Source: Podarcis filfolensis
Lineage: Eukaryota
DNA: 64,000 nt
Reading direction: 5' to 3' (one strand)
Assembly: GCA_964270895.1 (NCBI GenBank)
Contig: OZ185435.1
Part shown: positions 50,276 to 62,037 of the stretch, piece after piece
Layout: each line of letters opens with the position of its first letter
Numbering within the stretch: position 1 is the stretch's first letter
The notes under the pieces: generated by a model
What the model was told of the DNA's origin: nothing
The model's input: the letters and a program-made list of their open reading frames with translations, nothing else
The model's database searches: none
Program-made: the position numbers and the translations under genes

Positions 50276-51409
50276 TCTAATACGAAGTAATCCATCAGAA
50301 TACAACTGGAGAGAGTTGAAATAGACATGCTCTCTTGATCTCCTTGTAGCAAAGGAGATTTGTTATAAACATTGTAACTTTACAATAGACTGGGGAAAAT
50401 TGTGATCCAACATGCCTAGTCTAGTTCTCCACCCATGTTTTGTGGATTGGCAGGGGCTAAGCAAGCATTCTATAGTTGCAGTTCTGGGCTACCAGCAAAA
50501 CTGAGAGATTTACTGAGCCTTGCTGGTCTCCCTTTCTGAGTTCAAAGGCTGCCTCTGACAGGATCACAGGGCTGAATTTAATGGCCACTTGGCAACAAGA
50601 AACTGAAAATAGTTTCATAGCACTTTTCTTCGACTTGTGCAGCACTACAGAGGAAGCAGTCCCCCAAAAGAGCATCAAACAGAAGAGCAACTAGCAATGC
50701 ATAATTTCTTGCCTGCAATTTCTCCATCTTAATTAAAACAGTTAAGAACAAAGAATCATATTTTTATTCGGTCTTCTCCAAAAACATTTCCAAGAGATAA
50801 TAAATGAAGGCCTAAATAATTAGACCATTTTGTCATGTTATTAAATTACCCTAGCAATTATGTTACAAAAGCATCTATGGGAATGCTTAGATTGAATCTG
50901 TAGTAAGCTAAATACATGCACAGGGGCTGAAATGACGACGTATTAGTCTTATTAAGTACTAGATGATGTTTCAGATGCTTTGCAGTTAGTATCTCATTTA
51001 TCTTCAGGCCAGAGTTGTCGGTAGATTAAGCTGAGAGGCAGCCGCACAGTAAAAGTGTCCATGGAAATGGGGATTTTAGCTGCTCTCTGGGATACTGACC
51101 TTCATGCCTTTGACGGTCTGAACAGGGCTGATGTGTGAACAGCAATGGGTAGCTGCATAGGCTCGATATGTACGATCTGGCAACCTTTGGTTCCTGATCA
51201 GATGAAAAGAGCCTACACATGTACATTTTTACATGCATAGACATTAGAACAGGGGAAACAGACATAGTCCTACTTCCCCATCTATTCACTGAATGCTTGC
51301 ACAGTGCAACTGACTTGCCCCCAAATTGCCCAGTTGCCATTATGCAAGAGTAGGCACTGGGACTGAGTTTCCCCATGTCCAAACCCGGCATATCAATTAT
51401 GGTGCCAAA

Positions 51410-51650
51410 TTGCAGACCCTCTGAGTGTCCCTATTTTCCAGGGACATCCCTGATTTAGAGAATCTGTCCCAGTTTCTAATTTGATCCCGGAATGTCCCAC
51501 TTTACCTTAGGATGTCCCTATTTTCACTGGAGAAATGTTGGAGGCTACGGGAGGATGTTCCTGTTTTCATTGGAGAAATGTTGAAGGCTGTCTGAAGGCA
51601 ATCCTGTATAGGGAATTTTTTTAAAAAATGTTTAATGTTGGAAGCTGCCC
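51410..51650 (+). mobile_element. Second, truncated copy of the composite element with captured L2 end
   Basis: TTGCAGACCCTC start, GGAGAAATGTTGG repeats, then TCTGAAGGCAATCCTGTATAGGGAA...GGAAGCTGCCC. Confidence 0.65.
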
Positions 51651-51737
51651 AAAACCGTAGCTTTGGATTCAGCACAGAAAGCCAGCCAATTCATTATTTA
51701 TTCAATTTATCCATCACTTTTTACATAAAAAAGGTCC

Positions 51738-52062
51738 AAGGTAAAGGTAAAGGGACCCCTGACCATTAGGTCCAGTCGTGGACGACTCTGGAGTTGCGGT
51801 GCTCATCTCGCTTTACTGGCCGAGGGAGCCGGAGTACTGCTTCTGGATCATGTGGCCAGCATGACTAAGCAGCTTCTGGTGAAACCAGAGCAGCGCACGG
51901 AAACACCATTTACCTTCCCGCCGGAGTGGTACCTATTTATCTACTTGCACTTTGACATGCTTTTGAAGTGCTAGGTTGGCAAGAGCAGGGACCGAGCAAC
52001 AGGAGCTCACCCCGTTGCAGGGATTCGAACCGCCGACCTTGTGATCAGCAAGCCCTAGGCGC
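51738..52062 (-). mobile_element. Sauria SINE
   Basis: (ACCTTT)n tail, core as at 42844, B-box GGTTCGAATCC on the minus strand. Confidence 0.88.
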
Positions 52063-53251
52063 TAGCTAATATGTGGAGCCAGTGTGGTGTGGGCACTGTC
52101 TGGGAAGCAGCACAGGTCTTCTCAACCCTGCTCACTGCCTGCCTGCCTGCCTGCATTGCTAGGGTTCAATGTTCAAGGCAGGAATTTGCCTCACACCTAA
52201 ATTACTGTGTAGGGATGGCCTATGTTTTCCCAAGCAAACCACGTCACCAGGCGGTGTTGCATCATCCATTATTCACTGGTTTCAAATGAGTCACTGTAAC
52301 ACCATAGAAGGCTACTTTCTTACTGCATGGAATCAATGGTCCAGACAAGGAAAGTAGTTTTCCATGACATGAGAACATACCCAAACACTTCTGAGCCACC
52401 TCCAGAAGTTCAGGCAAGAACACTATCACCAGCACTGAATGCACACTATTTATTTATTTATTTATTTATTTATTTAGGCCAAGTTTTTTGGTAGAAACTC
52501 CATGCCCAGTGCAATGTCAAACATGGTGCATGCCAAGTCAAACATTTTCTGTTCAAAGATGATACAGAGGATGTTACAGGAAAACATTGTGTCCCTCCTT
52601 TGGAAAGCCGATGGGAATGACAGCCTCTTGCAAAGTGGCTTTGTCATTGTGGATAATAGCACCATGTCAAATAGAGGGGATATAATTTTTCCTTGCCAAA
52701 TGACATTGCAAAAATGTAAGATTTGAGTACTTTGGACAGGCAGTTCATCTTAATGGTTTCTAACTCTATCCTATGGATTTGAGACAAAAAACCCTAACCC
52801 AATTATGAAACTGGACACTGAATATACACATTTTTAACCCATAGTTTCATTTTTTTTAAAAAAAATGTATGTGACGTGCTTGTGGCAATGCAGTCAGCTA
52901 TTAACAAAAGTCAGTGAAATTATAATAATGTTAATTATTTAACTATTTTGAATATATTTCTTCATGGGAGATTGCAACACATTTCATGAAAACATTCTCT
53001 ACAAATATATTGGTCAGAAGTTTAATGCAATGCTGTTTAAGAAAACACAACTGACTTCCACAGCAAGTTAACAGAAAGCTTCAGGAATGTAACTCAGAAA
53101 TTCCAGAGTTTATATCAAATATTGAGAAAGTGCCCTTCAGGTCTTCCAATCAGTGGGCACATTCACTTAAAATGCTGTTTAGAGTGCTTACAGTCCTGAG
53201 TGCAATATGATACCATAACATCAAGATAAAAAGTTCAAATATAGAGGAAAC

Positions 53252-53273
53252 TCAGCCAGATGGGCGGGGTATA

Positions 53274-53315
<42 letters not shown>

Positions 53316-53331
53316 TAATAATAATAATAAT
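53252..53331 (+). mobile_element. L2 extreme 3' end with (AAT)n tail
   Basis: CAGCCAGATGGGCGGGGTATAAAT then (AAT)n. Confidence 0.75.
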
Positions 53332-53949
53332 TAGCATTTGTATAGCATTCTGATTTGGTATAGCAATGCTATAACTACAGTGCTGCCAGGCAATAATCAA
53401 ATTTAGGATACTTGTTATTATCTATTTGTATCTTCACCATGCATTTCAAACTTTCAATAGACTTTTAGATGGCCATCTGAATGCACTGAAACATCTGAGA
53501 CTGAAATTATGGTTTCAGGTTGGAAGAGAATGAAACTTGGGTGCCTAAGATTTCTGCAATGAATCTGCAACACCAAATCCATCCAATCCAGAACTGAAGT
53601 AAGGCCTGCAAGAAGCTTCTCCATTACTGGAAAGTGGATACTTCAAGTGAAATCCTGATTGCACTTAGTTTGGTGTAATTGCAGCTCTGGAAACCATTCA
53701 GTAAAAAGCAGTTTCAGAATTGGAGAAAGCAGTTTCAAAAGCACTATGCTGGGTGAAGCACCACTGAAGTTTAAATTCAGGAGCCTCTGAACAATGTTAA
53801 AATAGGGAACAGAACAGCCCTGAGTTCTCTGCAGGGGTTGCACTTTTTAAAAAATCAACTTCCTGCAGATAATACTTCTGCCACTGCAGTGTTTTAAATG
53901 GGGGAGCAGAAAAGAGAGGGAATCGAATTTGCTGACAAGTCTTCTTACA

Positions 53950-54140
53950 TAACATAGAAAACTGTCTTATATCGAGCCATGCCACTGATGCATCTAGCTC
54001 AGTATTGCCTATGCTGATTGCCAGTGGCTTTCTAGGGTTTCAGGCAGGAGTCCCTCCCCATCCCTACCAGGAGATGCCTGGGATTGAACCAGAGACCTTC
54101 TGCTTATAAGACAGATGCTCTACCATTGAGCTATGGCCCT
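53950..54140 (-). mobile_element. tRNA-derived SINE
   Basis: Minus strand GGCCATAGCTCAATGGTAGAGCA...GGTTCAATCCC (A and B boxes). Confidence 0.7.
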
Positions 54141-54247
54141 TGTGCAAATGGCTGTGAATTCAGCAGCCCTTACATTCATTGGTCCCAGTAAGCTATAGTT
54201 TGGCTCACTGCGACAAGCTATCCAGGCCTGTTAAGTGCCTATGTTTT

Positions 54248-54345
54248 GCTGTGTTTTTATACATGTTGTAAGCTGCCCAGAGTGGCTGGGGAAACCCAGC
54301 CAGATGGGCAGGATATACATTTTAAAAATATTATTATTATTATTA
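54248..54345 (+). mobile_element. L2 3' end
   Basis: GCTGCCCAGAGTGGCTGGGGAAACCCAGCCAGATGGG plus (TTA)n. Confidence 0.75.
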
Positions 54346-54806
54346 AGATAATTCAGTGAGCTTTGTGGCTGAGTGGATAACCTGAGTAGTCCTAGTCCAA
54401 CACTAACCACCGCACCATACTGTCTCTCAATTGCCTAAGGTTAGTAAGGCCTGATACTAGCTCAAGAGACTTGACAGTGTGTTTGGTCATTACTACAATT
54501 CTGTGGTGTAATACTTCTATATCCTTTGTTCTTCTTTTCTCTGGTGCCTCAACATGAGTGAAATGTCACCAAGGAGACTTCCTGGTAGGAAAACCACCCA
54601 ATCACAGCACCTGTCCTGTCAGGATTCAGAAACAATTTATGGGCCCTCATCCAAGCCTAAGTCCAGGCCTTGCACAGCCTCTCCTGATTCAATTGCTACA
54701 GAGAAGTAGAGTTGGGTATCACCAGCATATCAACGACTCCTCATCTCAAATCTCCTCATGACCACTCCCAATGGCTTCATATAGATGTTAAAAAGCACTG
54801 GAGGGC

Positions 54807-55198
54807 TCACAGGAGTTTGGATACGCAGGGATCCCAAAGAAAATTGCCCAAACCACCAAAGTGATCAGGTCCAACAATTTATTAAAGAATGGTACAAACC
54901 TACAGCAAAGGTCCAATGGCTCCCTCCTTGCCCCTGCTCACAGCAAAGAGATGGCTTGTCCACACCCAAGTGAAGCTACACACAGTCTTTATAGGCCCAG
55001 GCAGGCTACGTCACATGGCAACATGGTAATGGTATTGACCTTTACCTTCCCCTCTATCTATGCCTGGGCCTACATCAAAGCATGTGAAACACATATGAGC
55101 TCAGTGCTACAGCTGCTACCAGTTAGGTGGGGATCAACTTGACAACAATATGCTGCAAGCTGGGCTTCCAAACCAGCCTGCCTTTTCAGGCTAACACA
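54807..55198 (-). mobile_element. Probable solo LTR (~392 bp) inside L2 RT
   Basis: Interrupts the L2 RT frame between ILSP and VLFNIYM; T(C)...CA ends; GGGC/GGGA flanks; minus-strand TATAAA (~54988) and AATAAA (~54868). Confidence 0.55.
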
Positions 55199-55309
55199 GG
55201 GACAAAATGGTACCCCGAGGTGCTGCTGATCACCTAATGCTATTCTCTGAACCTGACCCTGGAAATAGGACCCAAACCACTATAAATAGTACCTAAGTAC
55301 TGGGAGCAG

Positions 55310-55723
55310 CCGCCGAGACCATATAACACCGGTCTTGAAAGACCTACATTGGCTCCCAGTACGTTTCCGAGCACAATTCAAAGTGTTGGTGCTGACCTTT
55401 AAAGCCCTCAATGGCCTTGGTCCAGTATATCTGAAGGAGCGTCTCCACCCCCATCATTCTACCTGGACACTGAGGTCCAGCACCGAGGGCCTTCTGGCAG
55501 TTCCCTCACTGCGAGAAGCCAAGTTACAGGGAACCAGGCAGAGGGCCTTCTCGGTAGTGACGCCTGCCCTGTGGAACACCCTCCCACCAGATGTCAAAGA
55601 GAACAACAACTACCATACTTTTAGAAGACATCTAAAGGGAACCCTGTTTAGGGAAGCTTTTAATGTTTGATGTATTACGGGTATTTTAATTTTTTTTGGA
55701 AGCCACCCAGAGTGGCTGGGAAG

Positions 55724-55768
<45 letters not shown>
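55310..55768 (+). mobile_element. Younger L2 3' fragment with (TTA)n tail
   Basis: ORF 55335-55670 LHWLPVRFRAQFKVLVLTFKALNGLGP.YL...RAFSVVTPALWNTLP. Confidence 0.9.
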
Positions 55769-55769
<1 letters not shown>

Positions 55770-57954
55770 GTCAGCTCATAAGGATAAACATGGTCAAAGG
55801 TATTAAAAGCTGCTGAGACATCAAGTAAGAATAAACAGGGCCACACTCCCCTTGTCCTTCTCCCCAAAATGTCATCCGTCTGGATGAACAAGGCCAATTC
55901 AGTCTCAAACCAGGCCTGAACCCAGGCTGAAATGGGTCAAGATAGTCTGCTTCAACCAAAAGTATTTGTGCCACAACCTGATCAATCAACTTCTGTAAAT
56001 AGCTTCATCCTCATCTTCCAAGATGACCTATTAGTTTCCTGTAGCTATATCACCCTCTACCCATGATCACTGAAATTGGGGTGACATCACCCATGTCCCT
56101 TCCCAACACATTATGCAATGAGGGCACAGGAGTGGCAAGGGGTGTGCCGACCCCCTCAGTCTACACCCTTGAAACTCCAGCATCTTCATTCGCCCAGCAA
56201 CCCCAAAGGTGACATCCGATTGGTTCAGCTGACTCCCACTTTCATTGCTATGGGAGAAATAATCAAAAGGATAATGTTGGCATTCAGTTGTAGCTTTGGC
56301 AGATGTTGGTGCAGCACTTCACTTTCTGGGGGCAGGGTTAGCAAATAGCTATCTATCTATATCTATCTATCTATCATGTATCTATCTCTCAAAGAAAATC
56401 AAAATGTAAATAAAAAAATTCCTCATTACCACATGCTCCTTGCTGTGGCCAAGTGCATAGGTACAAAGGCACGGCAGCCACCAAGCAGACAGAAGAAAAC
56501 CAGTGGAGGACCAGCAGGTGAGAGAAGAAAAGTGGCACAATGGGAAAAGAGCATCAACAACAGTAAAAACAATAAAATGGTTTACCTGCAGTGCCAGTGG
56601 TGCCAGGGAAGAGGGGCAGGCACAGTGGGGGTTCCCTGGAAAGCAGTTTCCTTGGGCCCCCTCAAACCTGGAAATGTCTCTACTAGTCTACCAGGAAAAC
56701 AATCCAAAGAATGTTTGCTCCCCTCTGCTCCTGAATTCGATTTTAATTAATTTTTCAAAAATGATGTCTGTTTTCAATGTGCTTCTCAAAGTTTTCCTCT
56801 TGCACGCCTTCCCGACCCCAGTGCAAAACAGTTTTCCATTTAAGTTTGCCAATAGCCAGAAATGACATACATTTGTTCTTAAAGAGAAGCTATTCTCAAC
56901 TAAAGGTTTTCAATTAAAGTAATTGATCAGTTATATTACTTTGTCTTGTTTTGGCTTCAACCTACTATAGATTTGAAATTTAAATTGCTTCAATTGCTAA
57001 TGGATATATGACATGCTAAAGAACCTTTATGGATTAGGCTTAATGCATTCTTAAATTCTCTGGCTACAGTTCAGTTGGTTTTGATCAATGCCACTATCTT
57101 TATTGAGAGAAATAACTATTTGTCCTTCCTACTAAGCAGAACATTCTCCCCCTCTCTCTCTCTTTTTCCATCTCAAAAAGATGTGTTAAAGCAAGTAACA
57201 TTTAAAATGTGCTTTACCTTCTCTTGTTTTTCTTTGGCAGATATCAGCAAGAGTTCATTATGTCCACATGCAAGATTTTTTTTAAAAAAAAACCCCTGCT
57301 AAGCTTTTCAAGTAAAGAGGAAGATCAATGCAAGTTAATTTCAATTTAATTGAATACATTGTATTAGACATGCTGGACACTTTCCCTCCTCAGGAGGGGG
57401 AACCTCAATCTGTTGGAAGTCTATATAACATGCAGACCCTGATATATGCATTCCTGTCAGTATGTTTGCAGAGTGCCACCTCCTCACCACCTTGCCCCTC
57501 CTAGTGTACAGCAGCAGTAACTCTACTGCTGGGAAGTCAGTTAAGCCTCACCATACCACCCTACCATCTACTACTGCACACCAATCATATTTTCTGTGCT
57601 AGATAACCCGTGGTTTTGTGATTCTCTATGAGAACCTTGCAGTCTAAAAACTGCACGTTGTGATCATGATTGTGCAAAGTGCCACTACCTCCAACATCCA
57701 GTCTCTTTCTAGCTCCTGACCTCCTGCACTGCCAGCTCTCTGGGTCCTCAGGAAGCCGGGCACACTAGATATTAGGCAAAAACATCCTCTCTAAGCTGCA
57801 GGTCCAACCTGAAGCAAGCCAGTTGACATCCCTAGAGCAATGCTATCAGCTGATTTGCAAAATGTTGGGATTCCGGAAGGATATTGTTAAGAGACGATCT
57901 GCTGAGATCCTTTCAAGAGTTTTGCCAGCCACAGCTAATAAAGAGATGCCTCAA

Positions 57955-58190
57955 TAATTTCCACAATCTATTCTATCACCTTTTTTTAAAAAAATAGATC
58001 AATAATTTTGGCATCTCTAAAGTCTGCTGGGATCTCCTCTCTCTCCCAGATTTCTTCGATGAGCTTGTGAACTTGTTGTGTAAGTTCAGTTCTGCCCATT
58101 TTGAAGACTTCAGCATGTATCCCCTGAGATCCGCTGGCTTTGTTGCCTGTCCATATTCTCCATCCCGCCAGGTATACTGGCACAGGAGTC
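57955..58190 (-). mobile_element. RTE-clade LINE internal fragment
   Basis: NKASGSQGIHAEVFK...HKLIEEIWEREEIPADFRDAKII.LF.KKG. Confidence 0.75.
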
Positions 58191-59586
58191 TGTTTCTGTA
58201 TGCATATGTCCTAGTTGGATTAAGCCAAATTGATTTTGTAGAGGTGAATTTGATTCACCTCTACAAAAATTATTTTGCCAGTTGACATTAATTTGAAATG
58301 ATAGAGTGTGCTATTATTTGCCGTGTGCAAATACGCGAGCCTCAAATTGCTACCTCAATTTCTGATGGAGTTATGTGCCAAACGTTTAAACTGTCCCTGG
58401 TTTATACCAGCATCAGTTGGAAGGTCGTATGTGTGACTCCAGACAGCGCATTGCTCTTGAGGCACGAGTTAGATAGGCCTGTCAAATTTATTTATCTCCA
58501 AAGAGAGAATTTGTGGTGGAATCCCCATTTAACATTGTCACCCCTTAAATATGTCTTTATATTTCACTGTTAAAAATTATTCATGTCTTATTCATGCCTT
58601 CTTGCAGCTATGGGCATGTGAAAAGATCCAGGCAGAAACAATATTCTCTGGGAAAATCCATGTTTCTGTGTAGGTCGCTTACACACAAATCATATTTTCA
58701 TCGCCTTTTATTTAGAGTTGAAGGGATGGGGTGGATAGGACCAGCAGGAGAAGTGGAAGTCTCTAGGCTGCATTCCATAGCCAATGACATCAACAGATAT
58801 TCATCGCTGCATGGATGTCTCCTGGCACCCCTTCTAGAATGAATGGCCTCTTCCTCACCACTTTTGGTGGACCAATGTAATATAGGTGGAGAAGATCTCA
58901 TTACTGCTGAGAAAGCCAACTGAGAAAGCCTTAAACCAGGGTAGGGTGCCTTTTTCATCCCAAGGCCTGCATTCTATCCCATTGCGGGCAGGGCCAGAAG
59001 CAAAAGTAGGAGGAGCCACAAATGTTAATTTACTCACATGCTCCCGTCTGTCCTTCATCCAGGCAAGCAAGAAGCATTATCACATTCTTGTCAAGAAGTG
59101 CCTCTGAGGGAGCGTGGCCCAGGGAGCTGGTGTAGACTAGGAAGAGTCTGAGGTTTCCTACCCCTGCCTTAGACACGTCTTTGCATTGGCAGTATATTTC
59201 TGGTGGTGTGAGATTGCTTAGAGGAGAATGTGTGGGGTGTGTGTGCGTGTGCGTGTGCGCGCACTAGAGTAAGAAAAAAGAAGAGAGTGGCCAGTCTCTT
59301 CATTTTCTTCTTCCTATTTGTAGCAATAATTTTTATTTATTCATTTGCTCTTTCAGATTAGCAAAACAGCATTAATACACAAACAGTATTGGATCACAAG
59401 AGACATACATCTCCTTTCTTTATATTTTCCTTTTTCGCCTATGATTTGTGAAGATCCAGTTCACTCATCTATCCGTTTCCTTCATAGAATTGTAGAGCTG
59501 GAAGGGGCCCCGAGGGCTGAACCCTCTGCAGTGCAGGAATCTCCATGCTGGAAACAGAGAAGAAAAAAGTTTATACCAAAAATAAA

Positions 59587-59587
59587 A

Positions 59588-59643
<56 letters not shown>
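59587..59643. repeat. (AAAG)n microsatellite
   Basis: Seen directly. Confidence 0.95.
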
Positions 59644-61489
59644 GAAAAGAGCAAGCTATTATCTTGTTTTTCCGACATGCACACTTACAGTTCCACTAGT
59701 AGATAAATTGACTCTTGATAATGCAATTGGTTCAACATTATTGCCACTTCACTTGGGATAAACTCAAGATTTGCAAAAGTTGATGCCTGCACACCACGAA
59801 CCACTTATTCCCTAATACCAACTGAACAACAACAAAAAATGGTCTTTTTCAAAATAAACATATCTATTAGACTGCTGGATCTACTCTGCGTGGCACAAAG
59901 GGGTGGGGGAGCTGATTCCTGGGGCAGTTCAGAAGCAGTGAGGAAGCTCTGGTTTTTCTTTTCTTTTCAGCTCCTCACACAATCTGAGAGCCACCTGCAA
60001 CATCACACAGGGTTCATCTAGGTACATTCTGAGATTGTGCAGGAATGCTCTGCCTTGTCCCATCCTGTTTTAATTGGATTTTGGGTAAATGAGCAATTAA
60101 TTGTTACTATTTTGAATTTTATTGTGCTATTGTCTTCCTTAGTAGGTTGTGCAAAACACTGCTCTGAATAATTCATTTTACAAGGTAAAGGGCACCAGGG
60201 ATGTAGCACTTATGAGTTACCAGTCTCTGCAGCCACAGCAGGCGCTGTGATTCTCCTGCGGTTTGACTTCACCTCAAAGTCCATTGTCTCTTCAGACAGA
60301 CAAATGCCAACAACAATGCTTGTGGGTTTCCTAAAAGGCATCTGGTTGGCCACTGTGGAGAACAGGATGCTGAGCTAGGTGGGTTTGGGGCTCTCACCCA
60401 GCATAGTTCTTCTAATGTTATTTTATTCATGGATTCAGCATGGTGATGCGTGCTTATGCCTTAGGAAAATGACTATCCTTTCAGCCTGCCTCCTATCTGC
60501 AATAAGGGAACTTAATTTTAACAGCAGCGGCTTTAATAAAACACAGCTCTAAAGGTCAGGTTACGTCCTTCCCGAGGTGTAGTGCTTGTTCAGAGCAAAA
60601 GGCAGCATTGCTATGCATATGTTTTCTGGCATTCAGCGAGTGCAGTGACCTTCCCCAAACACCTCTGTCATGATCTTGGGCAGACCATTGCCCAAAGGCA
60701 GTACAAAAGAATCAGTGCTTTTTTGTGCGGTCTGCGAGCTGTCGGCATGCTCTTGCTTTGGAAGGTCAGCAGAGAGGCTTCCGTCTGCTCTGACAGACTG
60801 CAGGAGAAGTGAGAACAGGAGCCAGCCATTTCCATCCTGTGCTCTTGGCGATGGTTTTATAGCAAGTACGAACACATCCTGTGGGTATTGACCCCATTGC
60901 TTAGCCTTTTCTATTTCCATTCCCCCAACACGCACACAAACATGCATCAAATATCCTCAGAAATTTTTCGTTTTCTTTAAGATACGGTCAAACCGAATGT
61001 TTCATACATAATATCAAACTCAGTTCTCTGAGTGTCAAGCATTATTTAGATAATGCTCCTCCCCCAACCCCCAACCCCCCCCCAAAAAACCCCAACCATC
61101 CACACACATATGAGGCAGGCACCAATAGACTTGGGACGCAGTTTGGGGAAATTTTGGTTTGTGGAAATGCAAAAAAAAAAGCTATAGGAAAAACATTATA
61201 AGAGGGAGATCCAAAACAGCCCACTGAGGCAAGTCCCACCACCATCTGAGGCATGTTCAATTGTTGGGTTGGTGTGAGTGTGTTGAACCCATTGTAATGC
61301 ACAGAACAACTTGTGGTGAGGTCTTGTTTGGCACTGGCTGTGCCCTCTCTGGTCTACCTTAACCCCCGAGACAAGTTGAAGCTAAATCCAGGCAAGGTAG
61401 AAGTGCTATGGGAAGGTGGGGTCTCCTTCTATATCGACCTTCCTATGCCCTACAATCAGTAGATGTTGCTCCTTGTGCAGTTTGAGATA

Positions 61490-62037
61490 CAGTGCCGGAT
61501 TTACGTATAAGCTAAACAAGTTATAGCTTAGGGCCCCACTCTCTTGGTGGTCCCAAAAACAATTAAAGGGAAAAAAATCTGGATGCACATTCCTAAAATA
61601 TAAGATAAAAACAAAATAAAATAAAGCCTACGTACAGCAAATGGCAAATGGCTTTAGGTACCTATTAGGTTCATATATTACCATATACAGTGGTACCTCT
61701 GGTTACGTACTTAATTCATTCTGGAGGTCCATTCTTAACCTGAAACTGTTCTTAACCTGAAGCACCACTTTAGCTAATGGGGCCTACCGCTGCCACCGTG
61801 CCACTGCCGCCACACGATTTCTGTTCTCATCCTGAAGCAAAGTTCTTAACCCGAGGTATTATTTCTGGGTTAGCGGAGTCTGTAACCTGAAGCGTATGTA
61901 ACCCGAGGTACCACTGTAGCATATATTCAACACAAAAAACCAGCGACAATTTGTTGTTGACAAAGGACAGCTGGACATATAAAGGGCCCCATTACCTTCA
62001 GTAGCTTAGGGCCTCATCAAACCTAAATCTGGCCCTG
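61490..62037. mobile_element. hAT-type non-autonomous element with nested MITE
   Basis: CAGTGCCGGATTT / AAATCTGGCCCTG ends; flanks TTGAGATA/ATGAGGTA (6/8). Confidence 0.65.
61688..61916. mobile_element. Tc1/mariner MITE
   Basis: CAGTGGTACCTC TIRs with TA TSD. Confidence 0.92.

Larger units (their letters stand above)
54610..55990 (-). mobile_element. Old L2 RT fragment split by two younger insertions
   Basis: Minus translations YLDPFQPGFRPG, LLDVSAAFNTFDH, PRGTILSP, VLFNIYMKPLG, YAGDTQLY. Confidence 0.75.
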
